DNA of 63,858 bases, the filler included, from Octopus bimaculoides (Eukaryota): NCBI RefSeq assembly GCF_001194135.2. It is 3 parts of 2 records of this genome, joined end to end, with 100 filler letters (N's around TTAATTAATTAA, not from the genome) between each part and the next. Parts side by side here need not be neighbours in the genome. Positions count along the whole stretch, not along the records: positions 1 to 12,789 come from NC_068982.1; 2 more parts are not named here. One strand, 5' to 3'. Below, one piece after another: positions 1 to 10,077 of the stretch (its first letter is position 1; every line of letters starts with the position of its first letter). The position numbers were made by a program, and so were the translations under genes. The notes beneath the pieces are model-generated. The model made no database searches, was not told the origin of the DNA, and worked only from the letters and a program-made list of their open reading frames with translations.

Positions 1-210
1 ATATATATAAATATAAGGTCCCGGGTCGAGGTGTAGGAAGTATCCGAACAATCCGTAGTAAATATAAAAACAAACAACTTTGAGGAACAATTGTAGTTTA
101 TTGACACGGAAGGTTGCGGATTATTTTTCTTTATCGAAGAACGATGAGCAGAAATAAGTTCTTTTTATATTCCATGGTAGGCGAGCAGTGTTGCTGAGTG
201 TGCCCAAAAG

Positions 211-594
211 AATACAAGAGTTACAGAATGGAGCAGGGAAAATCCGGGATACACGTGTTTCGTAGCGAGTGGAAACTCAGAAGTGGTAAAATCCAAGTGA
301 GGTGTATATTGCCGGCTACTCTTTAGGCTAAGGATATCTTGATTAGATTGAAGTCTACATTGTCGCAAGGAGATACATGTTGATGCAAAGTAGGTATATG
401 TTTGCATCAACACGTACTTCCTTCGAACGATGTAGCCCTTAATCTAATCACGATATCCTTCACCTGAAAAGTAGCCGGCGGTATACACCTCACTTGGATG
501 TTACCACATCGGATGTTACCACATCGGATGTTCCACACGCTATGAAACATATGTAGCCCGCATTTTTCCTACTGCATTCTGTAACTTCTGTATT
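211..594. mobile_element. Long imperfect fold-back (inverted repeat) element, about 180-bp arms around an 11-nt loop
   Basis: 211-389 is the approximate reverse complement of 401-594, e.g. CCAAGTGAGGTGTATATTGCCGGCTAC vs GTAGCCGGCGGTATACACCTCACTTGG. The centre is TGTTGATGCAAA-gtaggtatatg-TTTGCATCAACA. The right arm carries a 15-bp tandem duplication (497-526). A homologous linear copy lies at 35155-35458. Confidence 0.8.
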
Positions 595-596
595 TG

Positions 597-614
597 TATA
601 TATATATATGTATG

Positions 615-689
<75 letters not shown>
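597..689. repeat. (TA)n microsatellite abutting an assembly gap, representative of dozens of (TA)n, (CA)n, (GA)n, (ATCT)n, (ATAC)n, (ATG)n, (AAT)n and (AAG)n tracts across the window
   Basis: Read directly from the sequence; most N gaps are flanked by such tracts. Confidence 0.98.
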
Positions 690-1472
690 NNNNNNNNNNN
701 NNNNNNNNNNNNNNNNNNNNNNNNNNNNNNNNNNNNNNNNNNNNNNNNNNNNNNNNNNNNNNNNNNNNNNNNNNNNNNNNNNNNNNNNNNNNNNNNNNNN
801 NNNNNNNNNNNNNNNNNNNNNNNNNNNNNNNNNNNNNNNNNNNNNNNNNNNNNNNNNNNNNNNNNNNNNNNNNNNNNNNNNNNNNNNNNNNNNNNNNNNN
901 NNNNNNNNNNNNNNNNNNNNNNNNNNNNNNNNNNNNNNNNNNNNNNNNNNNNNNNNNNNNNNNNNNNNNNNNNNNNNNNNNNNNNNNNNNNNNNNNNNNN
1001 NNNNNNNNNNNNNNNNNNNNNNNNNNNNNNNNNNNNNNNNNNNNNNNNNNNNNNNNNNNNNNNNNNNNNNNNNNNNNNNNNNNNNNNNNNNNNNNNNNNN
1101 NNNNNNNNNNNNNNNNNNNNNNNNNNNNNNNNNNNNNNNNNNNNNNNNNNNNNNNNNNNNNNNNNNNNNNNNNNNNNNNNNNNNNNNNNNNNNNNNNNNN
1201 NNNNNNNNNNNNNNNNNNNNNNNNNNNNNNNNNNNNNNNNNNNNNNNNNNNNNNNNNNNNNNNNNNNNNNNNNNNNNNNNNNNNNNNNNNNNNNNNNNNN
1301 NNNNNNNNNNNNNNNNNNNNNNNNNNNNNNNNNNNNNNNNNNNNNNNNNNNNNNNNNNNNNNNNNNNNNNNNNNNNNNNNNNNNNNNNNNNNNNNNNNNN
1401 NNNNNNNNNNNNNNNNNNNNNNNNNNNNNNNNNNNNNNNNNNNNNNNNNNNNNNNNNNNNNNNNNNNNNNNN

Positions 1473-1815
1473 CCACACCAATACCCTCGCATCACACCGC
1501 GCACACACTACAACTGACCAACTACTTTCTCCCTTCCCCATTTTCACACTACATACGTCAAGATCACCAGCATTCTATCTCCCACACACAGCCCCTCGTT
1601 CTTCGATCACCGTTTGTTATCTCCCCCTTTTCTTAGCTCTCCTGAAAAAAGAATTTCTAACTTCCGGCAACCATTGTTATGATCAGCCATTATTATGATT
1701 GACCGTTGACTGGACACTATTCAATTTTTTTTCTCCGTGTTTTTCTCCTTGTCTCCGTATTCTATCTGTTGAAGAGCGTAGCTCGAAACGTCAAAGACTT
1801 TCCGTATTCCCGGAG
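1473..1815 (+). mobile_element. Dispersed repeat, probably a Penelope-like terminal repeat, with a minimal hammerhead-like motif at 1761-1797
   Basis: TCTAT-CTGTTGA-A-GAG-cgtag-CTC-GAAA-CGT-C-AAAGA. Homologous minus-strand copies at 42808-43010 and 54458-54640. Assignment to Penelope-like elements is inferred from the motif architecture. Confidence 0.65.
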
Positions 1816-2141
1816 TATATTTTGAAATGATATTATTATTGGGCAGTCTTACCTACACTGCATTATAAATTTTAACAGTTGAACAGGTTAGCAGACATTT
1901 CATGCTGCACTGTAAGGTCAGGATAAAGTCCATTGTCAAAATGGGGGAAGGTAGGTGTAAATAGCCAAACTGTGAAACTATAACAAATTGGCTAGACTTT
2001 AGCAAACCTATATAAGCAGAGACAATTGTACACTCAGTTTTTGTGACAGTTAAAGATTTTTTCTGTGAGACAAGGTTGTTCAATTGGATTCTGGAAGCTA
2101 TGATTGCCAGTTTAGTTCATGTATTTTGTGCTTTCTGTTAG

Positions 2142-2224
2142 GCATTTATGGACTTATCTTATGCTCGAGGAATTCGCCAGAACTTTTGCTTGTCAGATTT
2201 AAATAATTTCTGTGTCACATCTGG
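2142..2224 (+). CDS. Candidate isolated internal exon, product unknown (AFMDLSYARGIRQNFCLSDLNNFCVTSG)
   Basis: Acceptor ttttgtgctttctgttAG, donor GG|GTGAGT, 83 nt, one of three frames open. No homology recognised. Confidence 0.35.
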
Positions 2225-2597
2225 GTGAGTACAAAAATCTCTTAAATTATATTATTGTAATATTTATGCGAATTTTGAAACCTGCATTTGTGGTAGGTTG
2301 TGTAGTAATTTTGCTTGCTATTTTCTGTTAAGACAATGTTGAAAAATTTGTATAAATAGCTAAAAGGTGTATGAATTTAATTTTTCATGTAGCTAATTTT
2401 TGGTATAAGACAACTAAAGTGTAAATTTTGTCTAATGGTTACTCAGCATGCTTGTATGAATTAGTTTTGTGTGAATTTATAGCAAATTTATTATTTGTTT
2501 GGCCTTATTTTTTAACTATAATTATTGATGTAGTAGGGCAGCCGTTTTGTGTCATGAACTTTTAGTTTAAATTGTTGCCTTGACATTAGATTTACGT

Positions 2598-2760
2598 CCA
2601 AATTTCGAAAACCAAATTTATGAAACCAAATTTACGAATCCAAATTCTGAAAACCAAATTTATGAATCCAACGAAACTAAATTTACGAATCCAAACTTTT
2701 GAAATAAAATTTAGGAAATCAAATTTATGAAACCGAGTTTCTGAATCCAAATTTCTAAAT
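2598..2760. repeat. Degenerate 14-bp minisatellite, consensus about CCAAATTTATGAAA, roughly 12 units
   Basis: ccaaatttcgaaaa ccaaatttatgaaa ccaaatttacgaat ccaaattctgaaaa ccaaatttatgaat ... Confidence 0.9.
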
Positions 2761-2865
2761 TGTATATATTTTACTTTTGTAAATAGTTTGACTGCACGTC
2801 TAGTGTGGCATTAATTTATTGGTTCCTATATATTTACATATATACATATACACATACATATACTT

Positions 2866-2959
<94 letters not shown>

Positions 2960-3189
2960 TTATATATATATATACATATATATATACTTATATATACATA
3001 TACATACACACACACACATATATATATATGTATATATATACTCAAGTATTTGATATGAGCATTTCAAAGTTCGTTTCGACATTTTTCATTTTCTGCCGAC
3101 CGAAACTGCGTCTGCGCAGTGGATTTTGAAAAAAATATAATATATATCTAGAAGATATGTGTGTTTTGTCTCGTAGTCATACGTTAATC

Positions 3190-3276
3190 TTTGACGGCTG
3201 GTTACTGAAGAGAATTTGCCTAGTAAATTTTTTTATCTACTAAAAAAATTCGAAACCTATAGGTCTAACCGTTAAA
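3190..3276 (+). ncRNA. Type I hammerhead ribozyme, apparently intact; predicted GUC cleavage after C3265
   Basis: Stem I GGTTA(3200-04)/TAACC(3266-70), extended by TTTGAC/GTTAAA beyond a GGCT bulge. Core CTGAAGA(3205-11). Stem II GAATTT(3212-17)/AAATTC(3246-51) plus TAGTA/TACTA. GAAA(3252-55). Stem III ACC-TATA-GGT (10-bp palindrome), then C17. All canonical core positions are present. Confidence 0.88.
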
Positions 3277-3578
3277 AATAAGGTAAAAGTCTTTTTTCTT
3301 CCCTTTGAAATGTTTTAACGTTGTGGATTTCGGTCGTTTTTGACTGTCTTCTAGCGTGTAGTAATTATAGGTAATTTGTCTTATATTTTATATATATATA
3401 CTTATATATATATATATATATACATATTTATACTCATACATATATATTTATACTTATATATACATATATATATATACATATATATATACACATATACATA
3501 CATATATATATATATATATACATATGTATATATATATATATGCATATATATATACTTTTATATATATATATATATATA

Positions 3579-3636
<58 letters not shown>

Positions 3637-3641
3637 TGTGT

Positions 3642-3676
<35 letters not shown>

Positions 3677-4014
3677 CAATTAGAATGATGGTAAATGAAC
3701 TGAAAGAATGCATATATATTATATACATGTACGTATAATATGTAAATACGATATATTACATATGTATATATTTATACTTACCTATATAATGTGTGTGAGT
3801 GTGTGTTATATGACGAGCAGAACCAATGAAAAATGTTTCACAAGGGTGTCATTAATATTACGCTTGAAAAGGAATGGTAAACTATTTTGGATATTTCTGA
3901 CATTAAGTGTCCTTCACAAGAAAATCGATAGGAAGAAGGGTGGTGGGTGGAGGGAAGAAGGTAATATATATCTTATCTTTTTATTTATTACAACTATTAG
4001 ACTGCAGCCAGGCT

Positions 4015-4172
4015 GTCGCTACTTTCTGAGTTCAAATTTCGCCCTGGACGACTTTGCTTTTAATCTCTTCAGGGTCGATAAGCTAAGTACTAGTTGAGTA
4101 CTGGAATCGATGTAATCGACTATCCCTCTTCCCCAAATTTCAGGCCTTGCGCCTATAGTAGAAAGGATTATT
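4015..4172 (+). mobile_element. tRNA-derived SINE fragment (family A)
   Basis: B-box-like GAGTTCAAATT followed by the conserved body ...GGGTCGATAA...AAGTAC...TCGATGTAATCGAC, shared with 7262-7475, 9855-10077, 48195-48410 and others. Confidence 0.75.
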
Positions 4173-4199
4173 TTCTAAAACCTGGCTCTTATCATATCT

Positions 4200-4480
4200 G
4201 GCTTCCGCCGATCCGCTGGGTTACAGGGACGTAAACACATCAAAAACCGTTGTCAAGCAGTGACGGGGATAAACTCAAACAGAAAGACACTCACAAATAC
4301 ACGCACAAACACACACATACACATCTATATACATATATACACAGTTTCTGTCTATCAAATTTTACTCACAAGGCTTTGTTCGACCTCGGACTATAGCAGA
4401 AGATACTTGCTCAAGGTACCAAACAGTAGGAGGTACCAAACAATATTATGTAACACGGGACCATGTAGTTAGGAAGCAAA
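4200..4480 (-). mobile_element. tRNA-headed SINE (family B), decayed
   Basis: actcacaaggctttgttcgacctcggactatagcagaagatacttgctcaaggtacc matches the reverse complement of the family B copies at 12148-12630 and 57018-57175. Confidence 0.65.
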
Positions 4481-4806
4481 ACCAAGTAGCATCTGCGTCT
4501 GCACTTGTGTGTGTCTGTTTGTATTTTTGTGTGGGTGTATATATTCATATGTGCGTGTATACTCGTGAGTGTGTGTGCGTTCGTGTGTTTGCGCACGCGC
4601 GCGTACGTGCTTATATAAGATTGTTTTTGAAGTTTTGAGAATAACAACTGAAGATATACTGTTGGTGTGACAATATACCGAGAGTCATAAATTTCCATCT
4701 AGCAAAAATTGTTTACGTACCACATGAGAATTTGCCACGAATGATGGTCACTGAAAAAAATAAACAGAACCTATTCATTTACTCAGCAATACTAAAATCT
4801 CCTTAT

Positions 4807-4978
4807 CTGTAACCATGTACCTTTACCTATTTGTGATTGAAACAGGTAAATAACAACTGTTTTGCTTGTGAATTGATAAATATAGCACATCTGTAGCCAT
4901 GTACCTTTACCTATTTGTGATTGAAACAGGTAAATAACAACTGTTTTGATTGTGAATTGATAAATATAGCACATCTGT
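4807..4978. repeat. Two-copy 84-bp tandem duplication, near identical
   Basis: CTGTAACCATGTACCTTTACCTATTTGTGATTGAAACAGG... at 4807 and CTGTAGCCATGTACC... at 4891. Confidence 0.95.
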
Positions 4979-5848
4979 GCATGAAAATCGAACAGAAGAA
5001 CATCTGACGCAGCACTGAGACCAATTAACTTGATTACCAATCGTATTTGCTTGCATTAGAGAATATATTCATTTATATATTTTCTACTAACCTACCTCAA
5101 TCATATCGGTAAACACCACCGTAAAACTTAGAATTGAAAAATTTCCAGATTCCAATAAAATATGTTCATTGTAACGTATGGGTTGAATACTTTTCGACTT
5201 TTGTAACGACAAAATTTCATATTCGGTATATAACTAAATATATACAAACGCACACAAAGTCAAGTGCAAACGAATATACGCATTGAAGAGAAAACAGAGA
5301 GAGAGAGAGAGATCAGGAGGAGGAACGGCGCTGCGTGACAGAAATAAAGAGAAATGGGGAGAGAAAGCTAGAGCGGAAAACTAACGAGGACAAAGATGTG
5401 GATATGCGAAAGACGGTGACAAGGAGGAGTACATGTCACAAGAAATGCTTCTATATGTTTTTAAAAAATCATTAAGTGCCTGTAAAATCGTATGTTAATA
5501 GTTATATCTGTCCCTGGTCTCGTTTGAAAATGGACATTGTCCGACATGTCTGTCATAAATCATGAACTGACTCTGTTGTAATATATCAAGTTTAAAAGTA
5601 TCTCAACATTAAATTACATTGCTGTAGAGTTGGGTAGCAGACGTAATAAAACGTTTGACATAAAATATAGTAGAACTAATGGAAGCTGGAACACACAGCC
5701 TCACGCAGATTTTCTTATGGTTATGTCATATAGCCACAAATACATAGACACACACACACTCATCTATATATTCGTTTGTATGTAGCTGTGTGTGTCTGTG
5801 TGCGCGTGCGTTTGTGTGTATATGTATACATACCACACACACACACGC

Positions 5849-5892
<44 letters not shown>

Positions 5893-5906
5893 TTATATAC
5901 ATATAT

Positions 5907-6088
5907 ATAATTGTCACTAAATGTGACCAGGGCGTTAGAAACACCTACATTGCTAGAAATATGAGCTAAAATGCTCAAAAGCCGTAGTCAACGCACATAA
6001 TTAGACTACAACATTAAAGCATTTTAGCACTTATTTCTAAAAATGTAAGTGTTTCTAACGTCCTATTCACATTTACTAACAATCATAA
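5907..6088. mobile_element. Hairpin MITE-like element with 64-bp inverted arms
   Basis: 5911-5974 TTGTCACTAAATGTGACCAGGGCGTTAGAAACACCTACATTGCTAGAAATATGAGCTAAAATGC pairs with 6019-6082. The loop contains an inner GTAGTC/GACTAC hairpin. Flanks are TA-rich. Confidence 0.8.
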
Positions 6089-6249
6089 TTCTCCATTTTG
6101 GTGAAACATTTGGTGAAACATATATTAAGGGCATTACTATACATAGACGCCTCACGCTAGGAGGGACTCTTAAAGTCAAAACTACCATAATAAACACATT
6201 TTACCGAACGCGAGGGAATGCAAGTCTCGAAGCGAGCCTCCTAAAATCA

Positions 6250-6324
6250 GACTCAGATGTGTATCATATGATTTCGTAATCAGTGCACAAGATGCATTCT
6301 TTACTCTTCAGTACACGCATAGTC
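6250..6324 (-). ncRNA. Type I hammerhead ribozyme, near-intact (one mismatch at the 2.1:1.1 pair of stem I)
   Basis: Minus strand reads GTGTA-CTGAAGA-GTAA-agaa-TGCA-tcttg-TGCA-ctga-TTAC-GAAA-TCATATGA-T-A-CACAT. Canonical core (plus 6305-6311 and 6272-6275), G-C-closed stem II, palindromic stem III ATCATATGAT (6263-6272), AUA triplet, distal stem I extension GACT/AGTC. Confidence 0.78.
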
Positions 6325-6459
6325 AAGACATACAAAAATAAACATACCAGACGAACACCCCATGTATCCAGCATAGTACATAGAAATTGTTTATACTATA
6401 TTAATTGTTACCAATTTGAGCTAATCGAGATATGGATCAAAAATTGTTCAAAATTCATT

Positions 6460-6808
6460 TCAAGTTCCCGACCATTTATTTTTTATCTGTGAGCCCTTTT
6501 AACTACTATTTTATTCTGTTGGAACCCCATATTCGATATTTAAAAGCGAGATTTATAGAAACTCCTTTCAAAGTTCTTATTTTGCTTTTAAAATATTAAA
6601 CTTGTGAAAGTTGAAAAGTATAAAATGTTAGAGAAAAAAAACCTAGCTGTTTCTTGCAATACATACCAATACATACATCTAAAGCAAAATTTTTCAGGGG
6701 TCCTTAAAATGCATTTGTAGATCCTCGATTTACTATGCTGTTGCGTGGATCCTCCAAAATCTTATATGGACCCCCAAAAGCCATATGGACTACAGTTGAG
6801 AACCACTG
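6460..6808. mobile_element. Decayed hAT (Charlie-like) non-autonomous element
   Basis: The right end reads CAGTGGTTCTCAACTG on the minus strand, a typical hAT-type terminus. The left end caagttcccgacc is only a degenerate match; no TSD confirmed. Confidence 0.4.
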
Positions 6809-7261
6809 AGTTAGTGTTTTCAAAATGTTAAGCATTTCAAGTAACTCATCAGTTTTAAAATTCTACCAAGTACCATTTCTTATAGAGGACATTTCAGACG
6901 TCTATGTATCGAGGGAAATACATACCTAATAATGTAACATAAGATGTAATAACGCTACCATAAATATTTTAAAATTGCAAGTTAAAATTAATTACGATAT
7001 GCATTATAAATACGATACCAAAGTTAAACATCCCAGGAGTGTGACCTCGAACAGTCATATATGAAAATAAAAATACATATTTTGAGCTAAGTTTGGTTTC
7101 TGCAAAAGTGAACTCGTCTTAATTTTCCAGCGAAGGTAAGAAACATACATATATACATACATATTGGCATAAATCTTGAGATAAAACTGAAAAATGACAT
7201 ACATGCTTATCGTAATTTTGAGCGGCTTTCTAGAAGAAAAATAGACTATATATATATTATT

Positions 7262-7475
7262 TCTTTATCGCCCAAAAGTGGCTAAACATAGAGGGGACAA
7301 ACAAGGACAGACAAAGTGATTAAGTCGATTACATCGACCCCAGTGCGTAACTGGTACTTAATTTATCGACCCCGAAAGGATGAAAGGCAAAGTCGACCTC
7401 GGCGGAATTTGAACTCAGAACGTAACGGCAGACGAAATACCACTAAGCATTTCGCCCAGCGTGCTAACGTTTCTG
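7262..7475 (-). mobile_element. tRNA-derived SINE (family A)
   Basis: gattaagtcgattacatcgaccccagtgcgtaactggtacttaatttatcgaccccgaaaggatgaaaggcaaagtcgacctcggcggaatttgaactcagaacg; the B-box is on the minus strand. Confidence 0.9.
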
Positions 7476-7729
7476 TTGGTATGTGTGTATGTGTGTGTGT
7501 GTGTGTGTATGCATGTGTGTACGCGCATACACACACACACACANNNNNNNNNNNNNNNNNNNNNNNNNNNNNNNNNNNNNNNNNNNNNNNNNNNNNNNNN
7601 NNNNNNNNNNNNNNNNNNNNNNNNNNNNNNNNNNNNNNNNNNNNNNNNNNNNNNNNNNNNNNNNNNNNNNNNNNNNNNNNNNNNNNNNNNNNNNNNNNNN
7701 NNNNNNNNNNNNNNNNNNNNNNNNNNNNN

Positions 7730-7765
<36 letters not shown>

Positions 7766-8580
7766 CACACATATATGCGTACATGTCTAAGTGTTTATTT
7801 TTACGGTTGCGATATAGTAGGAAAATGCTATGTTGATATCTTTCAGCAAGTTAGTTGTTAATCTCATATGAACTGAAACTTGAGAAAGGTCAAGAAGGAC
7901 GAAAGTGAAGATGATAAAGCGAGAGAGGAAAGAGCTGGATGGACGTGAGGATCAGAAATTGGGGGAGATGGATGGGCAAGTTCGTCTAACAGAAGTCTTA
8001 CAGTTTTAATTATCGACTTCTAATATGGCACAGGTCCAGACATTTGTTAGAAAAATATATTGGTCGATTTAATCGACAACGATACTTGACATTTGCTACT
8101 TATTTTTGTCAATATCGTAGGGATGGGAGGTAATCCATAAGACAGCACTTGAAGGAACGTAACTAAATATCGCAAGATAATGTGTCCGGTACGCTACTGA
8201 ATCTACTAACCGTCACATTTTCATTGTTTTGTTTATCATTTACTTTATTTTACGTTGCTTTTTGTGACCAATAGCGTTGTTGATTATCAGAAACTAGCGA
8301 GACAATCAACAGTTCAGTGTTTATAGACGACACATAGCGAAAATGAGATTCTATGCTGCTTGAAAGGAACAAGATAGCAAAAACGATTTCGTTCGAATAC
8401 ACTCATTAATTTTCTCGCTATTATGCAAGTCTGTCATCAAATTACGACTTACCATTCATTTAGTCATACATACATACGTGCATACAGACATGCATACGTA
8501 CATACAAAGATGCATGCATGCATACATACATACATACATATAATATACATACATACATATAATATGCATACGCACATATA

Positions 8581-8646
<66 letters not shown>

Positions 8647-9854
8647 TATTTTGCTTAAAAGAGTTCCAACACTGTCTGTTTTTTATGTTTTATTTATATT
8701 CCTGCAGAACTAATGTGGGGTATAGAATATGGAATATACAATATATAATATGATATACAATATACAATATAAAATAAAATAACATAAAAATGGATGGCAC
8801 CATGAAAGAAAGTATTGAATGTAGATGAAATATTGAGTGTTCAATATAAAGGATCAAATATATAAATATAAATATATATATATAAAGGCGACTCGAGTTT
8901 CNNNNNNNNNNNNNNNNNNNNNNNNNNNNNNNNNNNNNNNNNNNNNNNNNNNNNNNNNNNNNNNNNNNNNNNNNNNNNNNNNNNNNNNNNNNNNNNNNNN
9001 NNNNNNNNNNNNNNNNNNNNNNNNNNNNNNNNNNNNNNNNNNNNNNNNNNNNNNNNNNNNNNNNNNNNNNNNNNNNNNNNNNNNNNNNNNNNNNNNNNNN
9101 NNNNNNNNNNNNNNNNNNNNNNNNNNNNNNNNNNNNNNNNNNNNNNNNNNNNNNNNNNNNNNNNNNNNNNNNNNNNNNNNNNNNNNNNNNNNNNNNNNNN
9201 NNNNNNNNNNNNNNNNNNNNNNNNNNNNNNNNNNNNNNNNNNNNNNNNNNNNNNNNNNNNNNNNNNNNNNNNNNNNNNNNNNNNNNNNNNNNNNNNNNNN
9301 NNNNNNNNNNNNNNNNNNNNNNNNNNNNNNNNNNNNNNNNNNNNNNNNNNNNNNNNNNNNNNNNNNNNNNNNNNNNNNNNNNNNNNNNNNNNNNNNNNNN
9401 NNNNNNNNNNNNNNNNNNNNNNNNNNNNNNNNNNNNNNNNNNNNNNNNNNNNNNNNNNNNNNNNNNNNNNNNNNNNNNNNNNNNNNNNNNNNNNNNNNNN
9501 NNNNNNNNNNNNNNNNNNNNNNNNNNNNNNNNNNNNNNNNNNNNNNNNNNNNNNNNNNNNNNNNNNNNNNNNNNNNNNNNNNNNNNNNNNNNNNNNNNNN
9601 NNNNNNNNNNNNNNNNNNNNNNNNNNNNNNNNNNNNNNNNNNNNNNNNNNNNNNNNNNNNNNNNNNNNNNNNNNNNNNNNNNNNNNNNNNNNNNNNNNNN
9701 NNNNNNNNNNNNNNNNNNNNNNNNNNNNNNNNNNNNNNNNNNNNNNNNNATATATAAATTCAAATTACGATGAACGTAAACAAACAAATGAAGTTTGCTT
9801 TTGGAAGCGTTGAGATGTCTTAGAAAGTTAAAGTGAGATGTAAGAAAATATATT

Positions 9855-10077
9855 TATTTCTTTATTGCCCACAGGAGGCTAAACATAGATGGGATAAACA
9901 AAGGGATTAAGTCGATTACATCGACCCCCAGTGCCTAACTAGTACTTATTTTATCGACCTTGAAAGGATGAAAGGCAAAGTCGAACTCGGTGAAATTTGA
10001 ACTCAGAACGTAAAGGCAGACGAAATACCGCTAAACATTTCGCCCGGTGTGCTAATGTTTCTGCCAGAGCACCGCCT
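9855..10077 (-). mobile_element. Full-length family A SINE with a 14-bp target-site duplication
   Basis: Same body as 7262-7475; flanked by TAAGAAAATATATT at 9841-9854 and 10078-10091. Confidence 0.92.

Noticed and set aside
250-290. GAAAC plus palindrome ACACGTGT in the fold-back arms (also ~545 and ~35405)
   Set aside because: The upstream core reads CTGAGTT, CGGATGT or CTGAGGT with no stem II or stem I pairing, so it is not a supportable hammerhead.
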